In this document: one piece after another, positions 54,953 to 64,000 of the stretch | Layout of the letters: every line of letters begins with the position of its first letter | How positions within the stretch are numbered: the stretch's first letter is position 1 | Assembly (NCBI GenBank): GCA_015492295.1 | Contig: WGFI01000121.1 | Coordinates: 2,787 to 66,786, forward strand | DNA from: a candidate division WOR-3 bacterium | Lineage (GTDB): Bacteria > Hydrothermota > Hydrothermia > LBFQ01 | DNA length: 64,000 bases | Reading direction: 5' to 3' | Made by a program: the position numbers and the translations under genes | The notes under the pieces: model-generated | Seen by the model: the letters and a program-made list of their open reading frames with translations, nothing else | The model's database searches: none | Told to the model about the DNA's origin: nothing

Positions 54953-56905
54953 ATGGTATGGATAATAACACAAATAACCGTTGAGCGTGCAGTTAGCGTT
55001 TTGGATTATATATTACAGGATTACGGTGATATAGTTGTGGGCGGTGAAATCAAGGATGAATATGAGTGGAAGGAGATCAACGACTTCGCCTTGCAGCTGA
55101 AAAAGTCAGGTTATACATTCGCTGATACGCTCATTCAACTTATGAACGCGAAGGTGCCCCCTGATTCACTGAAAAAGTATGTGGAAAGGGTCAAGAGCAG
55201 ATTGTTAAAGAATGTATCGGCCAAACCTCCCGTTCCTGATCTATTAAAGGGTAAGGTGCTTTATGAAAGATACTGCGCCTCCTGTCATGGAAAGGATGGC
55301 AAGTCCGATACGGAAATAGCGGCGACGCTTGATCCAAAACCGAGAGTTCTTTGGAGGAACGATGAACTGAGTATCCTTAGGGTGTTCAATGCTATAACCT
55401 ATGGGATTGAAGGCACATCCATGCCTCCGTTCCCGAACATTCCAGAAGACGAAAGATGGCATATAGCATTCTATGTATTATCCTTGGGAAGGGAAGCATC
55501 CAAGGACAAGGATATATTCCCTCTGAGCATAAACGATATAACGACTTTAACCGATAAAGACTTGGCGAGAAAACTTAAAGATATGGGTATAGATGATCCT
55601 AAGAAATACATAAACGCTTTGAGAACATCGCCTCAGGATTACTTCTCCCAAAAACCCAAGGATAGGCTTATAAAACTTTTAAATTTAACATCGCTTCTGA
55701 TTAAGAAAGGAAGGTTTGAGGATGCGAGCAAAACCCTCTTTGACGCTTACTTTGAAGGATTTGAACCTCTGGAAGGAGTTTTACCTCGTAATAAAGTCGT
55801 AGAGATAGAAAGGAAATTTTCCGAGGCTCGTAAGTATTTGGAAATCAGATCCCAAAAGGCGTACGATGAGGTCCTATCTTTGAAAAATAGCATATTATCA
55901 ATTGATGAATTCAATCCGATGTTTGCCCTAATAGGAGCGATCGGTATAATATTTCGGGAGGGTCTGGAAGTGGTTCTTATAATAGCGGCCATATTGGCGG
56001 TTATGACATCCTTGGGTTATCGTAAGGAAAGGATATACGTCCATTTGGGTTGGATTTCTGCTCTGATTTCAGGAGTAGCATTATGGATACTGGCGCAAAC
56101 CGCAATAAGGATTTCGGGCATAAGTAGGGAGTTAATAGAAGGTTTCTCCGCCTTCCTTGCGGCCGTTGTACTTTTCCATGTGGGGCACTGGATGTTAGCG
56201 TATTCCGATGCTCAAAAGTGGAAGGAATACATTAAAAAATCCGTAAGTAAAAGTTTAAGTAAAGCCAGCATGTTGGGGCTGTTTGGATTGTCCTTCATAG
56301 CGGCATTTCGCGAGGTCCTTGAAACTATACTGTTTTATCAAGCCTTATACTTCCAAATCTCCAACGCTACTCTACTCTTAGCGGGAGTGCTGATTGGTAT
56401 AGTATCACTTTTGGCGATAGTGTGGTTAATATTCTTTTTGAGAAAGAGGTTGCCTATATCCTCATTTTTTACGATAAGCGGGGGATTGCTTCTGGGTCTA
56501 TGTTTTACCTTAACAGGCAAGGGTATAAGGGCTTTCCAAGAAGCGGGTATATTACCTTCAACGAATATACCTTGGATGTTTTCGGTTGATATACTGGGTA
56601 TATATCCGTACGCCGAAACTCTTATGGCGCAATTCTTAATATTTGCAGGCACACTGGCCGTATTCGTTGTTAAGTTATATCAGGAAAATGTCAGACGAAA
56701 GGAGATCCTCCTCAAAATCTTTGAGCTTGAAAAAGATATAAAGGATATAACCTCATCCGTTGAAAATGTTAGATGTACGATAGGAAATTGCATACTTGAA
56801 ACCCAGATAGACAAGGTGAAGGAGAATTTAAAAGATATGGAAAGGGTTTTAAAATATGTTGAGAGCAAACTTATGAACTTTGAGGAGGTTTTCCAGAAAA
56901 AATAA
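54953..56905 (+). CDS. cytochrome c - FTR1 family iron permease fusion
   Basis: Class I c-type haem motif YERYCASCHGKDGKSD...MPPF. Two RExxE motifs in TM helices (REGLEVV, REVLETILFY) diagnostic of FTR1. C-terminal coiled coil. The ORF track starts at TTG 54890; ATG 54953 is preferred. Confidence 0.6.
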   Translation: MVWIITQITVERAVSVLDYILQDYGDIVVGGEIKDEYEWKEINDFALQLKKSGYTFADTLIQLMNAKVPPDSLKKYVERVKSRLLKNVSAKPPVPDLLKGKVLYERYCASCHGKDGKSDTEIAATLDPKPRVLWRNDELSILRVFNAITYGIEGTSMPPFPNIPEDERWHIAFYVLSLGREASKDKDIFPLSINDITTLTDKDLARKLKDMGIDDPKKYINALRTSPQDYFSQKPKDRLIKLLNLTSLLIKKGRFEDASKTLFDAYFEGFEPLEGVLPRNKVVEIERKFSEARKYLEIRSQKAYDEVLSLKNSILSIDEFNPMFALIGAIGIIFREGLEVVLIIAAILAVMTSLGYRKERIYVHLGWISALISGVALWILAQTAIRISGISRELIEGFSAFLAAVVLFHVGHWMLAYSDAQKWKEYIKKSVSKSLSKASMLGLFGLSFIAAFREVLETILFYQALYFQISNATLLLAGVLIGIVSLLAIVWLIFFLRKRLPISSFFTISGGLLLGLCFTLTGKGIRAFQEAGILPSTNIPWMFSVDILGIYPYAETLMAQFLIFAGTLAVFVVKLYQENVRRKEILLKIFELEKDIKDITSSVENVRCTIGNCILETQIDKVKENLKDMERVLKYVESKLMNFEEVFQKK

Positions 56906-56907
56906 CA

Positions 56908-58158
56908 TCACCTTGCGAACTTCCTTAAAATCCAGAATAGGATTATGAATATTCCCGAGGTTATGAGGTTTATATTCAAGGCTACCTCAAACCCCACCTT
57001 CTTAGCGAGTATATCGTTCCATATTCCCATAAGTATAACGGTTAATGTGAATACCAAGGCATTCACCATATCCTTTAATATGACAACTCTACCTATGTAT
57101 TCCGATGTTGAAAATTTCTGAAATATGCTTTCTATGGAGATAAAACCCATGGATGTAAAGATTCCCCCGATCGCGAACAATGGAGATAGTAATAATATGT
57201 TCGTTGTTAGCGCGATCGCGAACAATGTGGATCCTAATACCAACACAGAATTCCACAGAATTTCATATTCTCTTCCCTTTAATACCCTACCGGAGATGTA
57301 AGCCCCAATGAACAAACCCAAACCGTATATTCCTCCGACTATACCGAGCTGTGCGGTTCCCGAATGCCCGATCTTCTGCAATTTCACTATGCCCAATATG
57401 TAGGTTATCGCGCCTACGAAGGAGATCAAAGCAGCGGCCACTAAGGAATAAAACAGGATTCTCCTCTTATTGACGAAGTCTATGGCCTCGCGCAAAGAAT
57501 GAAAATAGCTTATCTTAGGTTTTACCTCTGAGGAAGGCTTAATGTACTCACCTTCACCGGATATAAATATAATCAACACAGCCGATGCTAAAAATGTAAA
57601 ACTATCAAGAATCAAACCTATCTCCCAACCTTCAAGTCCATATCCTTTCCACAAGGCCCTTTCCGATACCAAACCACCGAGAAGTATACCCGATCCCGTC
57701 GCTATCCTTCCCCAGAAATTCAGCATACTGTTTATTATCGGTATGCGCTCCCGTGTTCTGGCTATATGCACCACAACACCGTTTTTCGCCGAATTGAAAA
57801 GTACCGTGAAGGTGAAGATCATAAAAACCAGAAGATATACGGCTTTGAAATCCTGAAAGATTTTAAATGTGGGTATGAGTATAAGGACCAGTAAGGCTCT
57901 CATAACATCCGCAACTATCATGACGAACTTACGGTTGAATCTATCGGTTATCGCTCCCGCTATGGGGCCAAATAGGACCACAGGTATCACAGTCCAAAAA
58001 GCCAAAAACGAATATTCCGAGGAGCCCATGGCGTGTATTCCCAATAAACCCAAAACCGCCATATTGTTTATTCTATCTCCGAGCTGCGATATCGCCTGGG
58101 AAAATGTCAAAAAGAAAACATTCCTATCCTTTAAAAGTTTAACTTCCTGAATGGGCAA
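56908..58158 (-). CDS. MFS transporter
   Basis: 12 TM. GPIAGAITDRFNRK motif (MFS loop 2-3 signature G-x-x-x-D-R-x-G-R-K). Confidence 0.65.
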   Translation of the reverse strand: MPIQEVKLLKDRNVFFLTFSQAISQLGDRINNMAVLGLLGIHAMGSSEYSFLAFWTVIPVVLFGPIAGAITDRFNRKFVMIVADVMRALLVLILIPTFKIFQDFKAVYLLVFMIFTFTVLFNSAKNGVVVHIARTRERIPIINSMLNFWGRIATGSGILLGGLVSERALWKGYGLEGWEIGLILDSFTFLASAVLIIFISGEGEYIKPSSEVKPKISYFHSLREAIDFVNKRRILFYSLVAAALISFVGAITYILGIVKLQKIGHSGTAQLGIVGGIYGLGLFIGAYISGRVLKGREYEILWNSVLVLGSTLFAIALTTNILLLSPLFAIGGIFTSMGFISIESIFQKFSTSEYIGRVVILKDMVNALVFTLTVILMGIWNDILAKKVGFEVALNINLITSGIFIILFWILRKFAR

Positions 58159-58159
58159 C

Positions 58160-59005
58160 TTACAGTTTTACGGTTTTCATATTTAGGGTCAGAACTGGAA
58201 CACGCGAAGTGGAGATCACGCCTTCGGCAACGCTGCCAAATATGGCTTTACTTATACCGCTCCTTCCATGACTCGCTATGAGTATCAAATCATAGTTGTG
58301 CTCGGCAAAATCGGCGATGACCCCCACATAGTCCAAACTGGGGGAATAAACTATATCCACCTTGGATCTGGCACCCGGATACTTCGGCATTTCCTTCTCA
58401 ATCATCTTGATATACTCCTCCTTCTCCTTTGGATCAAGGAAGAAATCCACGAGGATAACATGGTACAGCGTTATATCTCCCCAAGAGGAGATCTTCGGTA
58501 GATATTTCAGCAGATACTCCGTTGCCGGCGATAGATCAACGGGAACGAGAATTCTTTTGAGCCTTATATGGGGAAAACGTACGGTCATAACCGGTATCGG
58601 GCTTGAATGCAGTAGGGATTTAGCGAAGGAACCCATGAGAAAACCTTTGAATCCAGAGATGCCTCTTGTACCGACCACTATGAAATCCGCTTTAAAGTTA
58701 TTCGCTTCCTTTATGGTTTCCGAAACGGGATCACCTACGCTCAACTTGGATGAGACTTTCAGCCCCTCGGATTTTATCATATCTTCCCATTTTTCAAGCA
58801 TCTCCTCGGCCTTTGATTTTGATTTCTCCCAAGCGGATACCATACCGGCGAATTGGGAAACCAACGGACCATATACACCCGTTATGTCCGGGAAAACATG
58901 CAAAAGCAATATATCAAGTTCCTCCTTGCGGTTTATGGCTTTAAGGAAATGCATGGCGCACTTGCTGTTATCCGAAAAATCAGTCGCATATACGACCCTT
59001 TTCAT
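58160..59005 (-). CDS. universal stress protein (tandem UspA domains)
   Basis: Two USP domains (MKRVVYATDFSDNSKCAM...; RILVPVDLS...), each with a C-terminal GxxG..S ATP-binding-like motif. Confidence 0.7.
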   Translation of the reverse strand: MKRVVYATDFSDNSKCAMHFLKAINRKEELDILLLHVFPDITGVYGPLVSQFAGMVSAWEKSKSKAEEMLEKWEDMIKSEGLKVSSKLSVGDPVSETIKEANNFKADFIVVGTRGISGFKGFLMGSFAKSLLHSSPIPVMTVRFPHIRLKRILVPVDLSPATEYLLKYLPKISSWGDITLYHVILVDFFLDPKEKEEYIKMIEKEMPKYPGARSKVDIVYSPSLDYVGVIADFAEHNYDLILIASHGRSGISKAIFGSVAEGVISTSRVPVLTLNMKTVKL

Positions 59006-59583
59006 TTCTCCTCCTTCAATTCAATTAGCTTCTGCTTCACACTGTCAAGTTCGGATATGAGCCTATCTATTTCGCTGAATGCCTGCTGTTTTATTCTATC
59101 CGCCGTAGCCTTGGCTATCTTTAAAACCTCCGATGGCGATTCCTGAGATGGTCTCTTTTTGAGCTCTTCGTTCTCTCTGAGAACCTCGTTGAACTTGTTG
59201 TTCAGCTCTATATACTCGTTTTTCAAAGCGTTGTACTCGCGTGTGAGTTTTTCCAAGGCTTCCTTGTAATTTTTAATCTCATCCGATGATGATTTCTGTT
59301 TCTCGCATTCTTCAAGTTTCTTACGAAGGAGTTCGTTTTCCTGTTTAAGAAGCTCTATTTCGTCCTGTTTCTTTTCAAGTTCCCCCTTGAGTTCATCAAC
59401 TTCAAGTAAATCAAGTTTAAGCTGGGCGAGTTGAGCCTCTAACTCATTTTTTTCCTTTATAAGCTCCTCCATTTCCCGCGCAACCTCATCAAGGAATTCC
59501 AGAACCTGATTCTTATTAAACCCACCAAAGAGAACCCCTTTGAATTCGGGGTTTCTTATTTCATTAGGTTTTATCTTAGGCAT
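59002..59583 (-). CDS. DivIVA-domain coiled-coil protein (second copy in window)
   Basis: IRNPEFKGVLFGGFNKNQVLEFLDEVAREMEEL matches the DivIVA N-terminal domain. Remainder is coiled coil. Confidence 0.6.
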   Translation of the reverse strand: MPKIKPNEIRNPEFKGVLFGGFNKNQVLEFLDEVAREMEELIKEKNELEAQLAQLKLDLLEVDELKGELEKKQDEIELLKQENELLRKKLEECEKQKSSSDEIKNYKEALEKLTREYNALKNEYIELNNKFNEVLRENEELKKRPSQESPSEVLKIAKATADRIKQQAFSEIDRLISELDSVKQKLIELKEEK

Positions 59584-59586
59584 GCT

Positions 59587-61137
<1,551 letters not shown>

Positions 61138-61141
<4 letters not shown>

Positions 61142-61530
61142 AACACCTCCGGAGCCAACGAAACTATCCTCGTAAAACCTTTATCCCTTAACTCCCTCGC
61201 TACTGGACCAAAGACCCTCGTACCCTTGGGCTCCCCAAGTTGGTTTATAAGGACCACGGCGTTGTCCCCGAATCGTATATATGAACCATCTCTCCTTCTT
61301 ATCTCTTTTTTCGTCCTGACTATCACGGCCCTATGCACCTCACCCTTCTTCACGGGAGAGTTGGGTATAGCCTTCTTTATACTCACGACCACAACATCCC
61401 CAACCGTAGCTGCGACCCTTCCACCCTTCTTCCCACTTCCCTTTAAAACTTTTATTATCAAAGCCTCCTTTGCGCCGGTGTTATCCGCAACATTGACATA
61501 GGAAAGTTCAGGAAGATTCTTCATGGCCAA
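61138..61530 (-). CDS. rplN: 50S ribosomal protein L14
   Basis: VADNTGAKE...[11 protein letters not shown]...[11 protein letters not shown] is the classic uL14 sequence. Confidence 0.9.
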
Positions 61531-61807
61531 TGACCTCCCTTTCTATTTCCTCCAATACGGGCGCCTTCTTAATAATTCTAACCAATCTCCATCTCTTCAA
61601 CTTTGAAAGTGGTCTGGTCTCCATAACTTCAACGAAATCCCCAACCTTGCTCTCGTTGTTTTCGTCATGGACATATATCTTTTTACGCTTTTTTATGTAT
61701 TTATGGTATTTTGGATGCTCAACTATGCGATACACCATAACAACCCGCGTTTTGTTCATCTTATCGCTCACGACCACGCCTCTTAAAACCTTCCTCCTAC
61801 CCCTCAT
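61508..61807 (-). CDS. rpsQ: 30S ribosomal protein S17
   Basis: [16 protein letters not shown]...[17 protein letters not shown] matches uS17. Confidence 0.85.
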   Translation of the reverse strand: MRGRRKVLRGVVVSDKMNKTRVVMVYRIVEHPKYHKYIKKRKKIYVHDENNESKVGDFVEVMETRPLSKLKRWRLVRIIKKAPVLEEIEREVIGHEESS

Positions 61808-62010
61808 AGTTTCACTCCCTTTTCCCTTAACACCGTAAGGACACGGGCGATTTCTCTGCGGTAGTATCTGACCAGATTTTTATCCTCAAGCTGTCCCAAT
61901 CTTCTTCTGAATCTCGCATCCCTAAGTTGCGCCCTTAGAACCTTTAATCTCGCCATAAGATCTTCAACACTCATACTCCTTAACTCACGGGCCTTCGTAG
62001 GTTTCATCAT
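61804..62010 (-). CDS. rpmC: 50S ribosomal protein L29
   Basis: [21 protein letters not shown] matches uL29. Gene order. Confidence 0.85.
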   Translation of the reverse strand: MMKPTKARELRSMSVEDLMARLKVLRAQLRDARFRRRLGQLEDKNLVRYYRREIARVLTVLREKGVKL

Positions 62011-62423
62011 GTAACCTCCCCGAGTTTTACTATCTTTGTCCTAACGGGAAGCTTTGATGCTGCTATTCTCAGAGCCTCAACGGCATCCTCCTCGCTGACC
62101 CCTGTTACCTCAAAGAGCATCGTTCCCGGTTTAACGAAAGCGTACCATCCTTCAACATCGCCCTTACCACCTCCCATTCTAACCTCCGCCGGTTTTTTAG
62201 TGTAAGGCCTATGAGGAAATATTCTGATCCAGAATTTGGCCTTTTTCCCTATCTCCCTAACTATGGCTACACGCGCAGCTTCAAGTTGATTTGAGAAGAT
62301 TCTTCCATATTCCAAACTCTTTAATCCGTACTCCCCGAATTCAAGCTTGTTCCCACGGGTCGCTATACCTTTAAGTTTTGGCCTATGTTGTTTCCTCCAT
62401 TTAACCTTCCTAGGTTGCATCAT
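62007..62423 (-). CDS. rplP: 50S ribosomal protein L16
   Basis: [21 protein letters not shown]...RMGGGKG matches uL16. Confidence 0.9.
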   Translation of the reverse strand: MMQPRKVKWRKQHRPKLKGIATRGNKLEFGEYGLKSLEYGRIFSNQLEAARVAIVREIGKKAKFWIRIFPHRPYTKKPAEVRMGGGKGDVEGWYAFVKPGTMLFEVTGVSEEDAVEALRIAASKLPVRTKIVKLGEVT

Positions 62424-63085
62424 AGCATCTCCTCCTGCTTTCCTCTTAATATATCACCCTTGTATATCCAAACCTTTACCCCTATGGTACCCCATTTGGT
62501 AAAAGCCGTACTATAACCGTAATCTATGTTGGCCCGTAGGGTTTGCAGGGGTACCCTGCCCTTGATATACCATTCCTTTCGCGCTATTTCAGCCCCACCT
62601 ATCCTCCCTTTAACCTGCACCCTTATACCTTTCGCTCCGAGTCTCATTGCTGCGAAAACCGCCCTTTTCATCAACCTCCTGTGATAAACCCTCTGCTCTA
62701 TTCTCCTCGCTATGTTATAAGCGACGAGTTGGGCATCAAGCTCGGGTTGCTGGATTTCCCTATACTCAACTGCTATATCTTTACCGAACTCCTCCTTTAG
62801 GGATCTTTTTAGGGATTCTATATTCTGACCACCCCTTCCTATTATGACTCCTGGACGAGCGGTATATATTATGGCGGTTATGGTATCACCTATCCTCTGG
62901 ATAACTATGCGGGATATCTGCGGATCGTTGGGGGAGTTTTTATAAAAATTGACTATGAAGTTTCTGATACGATAATCTTCAAGGAGGTTTCTGACATACT
63001 CCTTCTTAGTTTCAGCGTACCATATAGACTGCCAGGGCTTGAAATACCCGGTTCTAAGACCAATAGGATGCGCCTTCTGACCCAT
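62420..63085 (-). CDS. rpsC: 30S ribosomal protein S3
   Basis: MGQKAHPIGLRTG...KH domain matches uS3. Confidence 0.9.
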   Translation of the reverse strand: MGQKAHPIGLRTGYFKPWQSIWYAETKKEYVRNLLEDYRIRNFIVNFYKNSPNDPQISRIVIQRIGDTITAIIYTARPGVIIGRGGQNIESLKRSLKEEFGKDIAVEYREIQQPELDAQLVAYNIARRIEQRVYHRRLMKRAVFAAMRLGAKGIRVQVKGRIGGAEIARKEWYIKGRVPLQTLRANIDYGYSTAFTKWGTIGVKVWIYKGDILRGKQEEML

Positions 63086-63086
63086 C

Positions 63087-63497
63087 TTACTTTACCTCCT
63101 TCATTACAAATACCGTTATATGCGATGTTCTCCTGCGGAATATCCCGTTTCCACCGAATCGTGCGGGTTTAACGGCTGGCTTAGGTATCTTCCACATCGG
63201 GCCTCTATCCACCTTAACTATTCCTATCTTTAAGCTGGGGTAGAGTTCATCAACGCTCTTTTCAGGTTCAAATTTGTCCCTGTAAGATGCGACGGCCGCC
63301 CTCAGCACCTTCCTCATTATGCGCGCGCCTTTCTTGTTGGTGAATCTTAGGATATAATCCGCCTCCTGAACATTCATACCCCTTATGAGATCCGCTATAA
63401 GTTTCATTTTCTTAGGGGATATCCTGGCCCTTCTCAAAACCGCAAAACCACCGAGTTTTTTGAGATCCTTTATTGGCATTCTACCCAAGTCCTTCAT
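63087..63497 (-). CDS. rplV: 50S ribosomal protein L22
   Basis: [23 protein letters not shown] matches uL22. Confidence 0.85.
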   Translation of the reverse strand: MKDLGRMPIKDLKKLGGFAVLRRARISPKKMKLIADLIRGMNVQEADYILRFTNKKGARIMRKVLRAAVASYRDKFEPEKSVDELYPSLKIGIVKVDRGPMWKIPKPAVKPARFGGNGIFRRRTSHITVFVMKEVK

Positions 63498-63778
63498 CTC
63501 TTACCCACCTTCTTCCCCTCTTTATCCTTATGCCCTCCAAACCTGCGCGTCGGTGCGAATTCCCCGAGTCTGTGTCCCACCATATCCTGGGTTATATAGA
63601 CAGGTATGAATTTCTTTCCATTATGCACCATGAAGGTTAAACCTATCATCTCCGGAGTTATCATGGAAGCACGGGACCATGTCTTTATCGGTGTTTTATC
63701 ACCCGTTTCAAGAGCCTTTTTGACCTTTTTCATCAGCTTCGGATCCACATAAGGCCCTTTCTTCAAACTCCTTCCCAT
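63494..63778 (-). CDS. rpsS: 30S ribosomal protein S19
   Basis: [12 protein letters not shown]...[30 protein letters not shown] matches uS19. Confidence 0.9.
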   Translation of the reverse strand: MGRSLKKGPYVDPKLMKKVKKALETGDKTPIKTWSRASMITPEMIGLTFMVHNGKKFIPVYITQDMVGHRLGEFAPTRRFGGHKDKEGKKVGKR

Positions 63779-63782
63779 AACC

Positions 63783-64000
63783 TCACTCCTTTGATCCGTA
63801 CCCTATCCTTCTCCTTTTAACTATGAACGCGGATGAAGGTTTCCTGGGATTCCTCGTTTTCTTACCCTTTGCTATCTTACCCCACGGCGTCTTAGGTATC
63901 TTACCTTTCGTCCTTCCCTCACCACCACCATGAGGATGATCAACGGGATTCATGGCGGTTCCCCTGACGGAAGGCCTCCATCCCAACCATCTCTTCCTTC
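63783..64000 (-). CDS. rplB: 50S ribosomal protein L2, C-terminal part (5' end beyond window)
   Basis: [14 protein letters not shown]...GKKTR is the uL2 C-terminal signature. The minus-strand ORF runs to the window edge; the ORF track shows only the Met-initiated tail from 63986. Confidence 0.85.
   Translation of the reverse strand, partial: RKRWLGWRPSVRGTAMNPVDHPHGGGEGRTKGKIPKTPWGKIAKGKKTRNPRKPSSAFIVKRRRIGYGSKE

Overview
This 64 kb window appears to be chromosomal DNA from a moderately AT-rich, thermophile-like bacterium whose proteins are rich in Lys/Glu/Ile/Tyr. At least five secreted proteins end in a Bacteroidota-type T9SS C-terminal sorting domain, which suggests a member of the FCB superphylum, possibly a candidate thermophilic lineage. 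This placement is an inference from composition and domain content and was not searched. The window is densely coding on both strands. The main content, in order along the window, is:

- **0-1 kb:** a partial rsmE.
- **2.3-10.6 kb:** a surface-polysaccharide locus with four or five family-1 glycosyltransferases, a DegT-type sugar aminotransferase, tRNA-Thr(UGU), D-aminopeptidase DppA and serS.
- **10.6-13.6 kb:** a TonB-dependent-receptor-like outer-membrane protein and a divergent DnaA-like AAA+ protein.
- **13.5-19 kb:** tldD, sppA, an MBL hydrolase and an SDR sugar epimerase.
- **19-21 kb and 47-48.5 kb:** BNR/Asp-box (sialidase-like) T9SS cargo proteins.
- **21-28 kb:** phoH, a 7TM-HD hydrolase, mnmA, miaA, an acyl-CoA dehydrogenase and a GT81 glucosyl/mannosyl-3-phosphoglycerate-synthase-like gene.
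- **32.3-33.1 kb:** HU and an orphan McrC-like PD-(D/E)xK nuclease.
- **33.2-37.5 kb:** a 1414-aa gingipain-like (C25) protein with FG-GAP repeats and a T9SS tail.
- **37.5-41.4 kb:** a three-gene operon of uncharacterised proteins, including a V4R-like protein and a protein with 12 tandem ~26-aa GxDxY repeats.
- **42.3-46.6 kb:** a fused ABC-2 permease/M1 aminopeptidase with its ATPase, then tRNA-Ala(GGC).
- **48.5-52.5 kb:** a DUF151 nuclease, an XerD-like recombinase, DivIVA and an FHA/TPR protein, then ribosomal protein L21.
- **52.5-56.9 kb:** membrane transporters, including a cytochrome c-FTR1 iron permease fusion preceded by a perfect 8-1-8 palindrome.
- **56.9-60.8 kb:** an MFS transporter, a tandem USP, a second DivIVA-like gene and purA.
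- **60.8-64 kb:** a ribosomal protein block (L24-L14-S17-L29-L16-S3-L22-S19-L2) that breaks off abruptly after L24.

No CRISPR array, rRNA, transposase or obvious prophage was seen. The most unusual items are as follows:

- **Conserved ~60-100 nt element:** present in two copies, 41.45 kb and 47.03 kb, each ending in an ATGAGGRGARGG small-ORF start.
- **Operon at 37.5-41.4 kb:** three uncharacterised genes.
- **Orphan McrC-like nuclease.**
- **DnaA paralog.**
- **In-frame stop:** it splits a BNR cargo gene.
- **Missing signal peptides:** several predicted exported proteins lack them.
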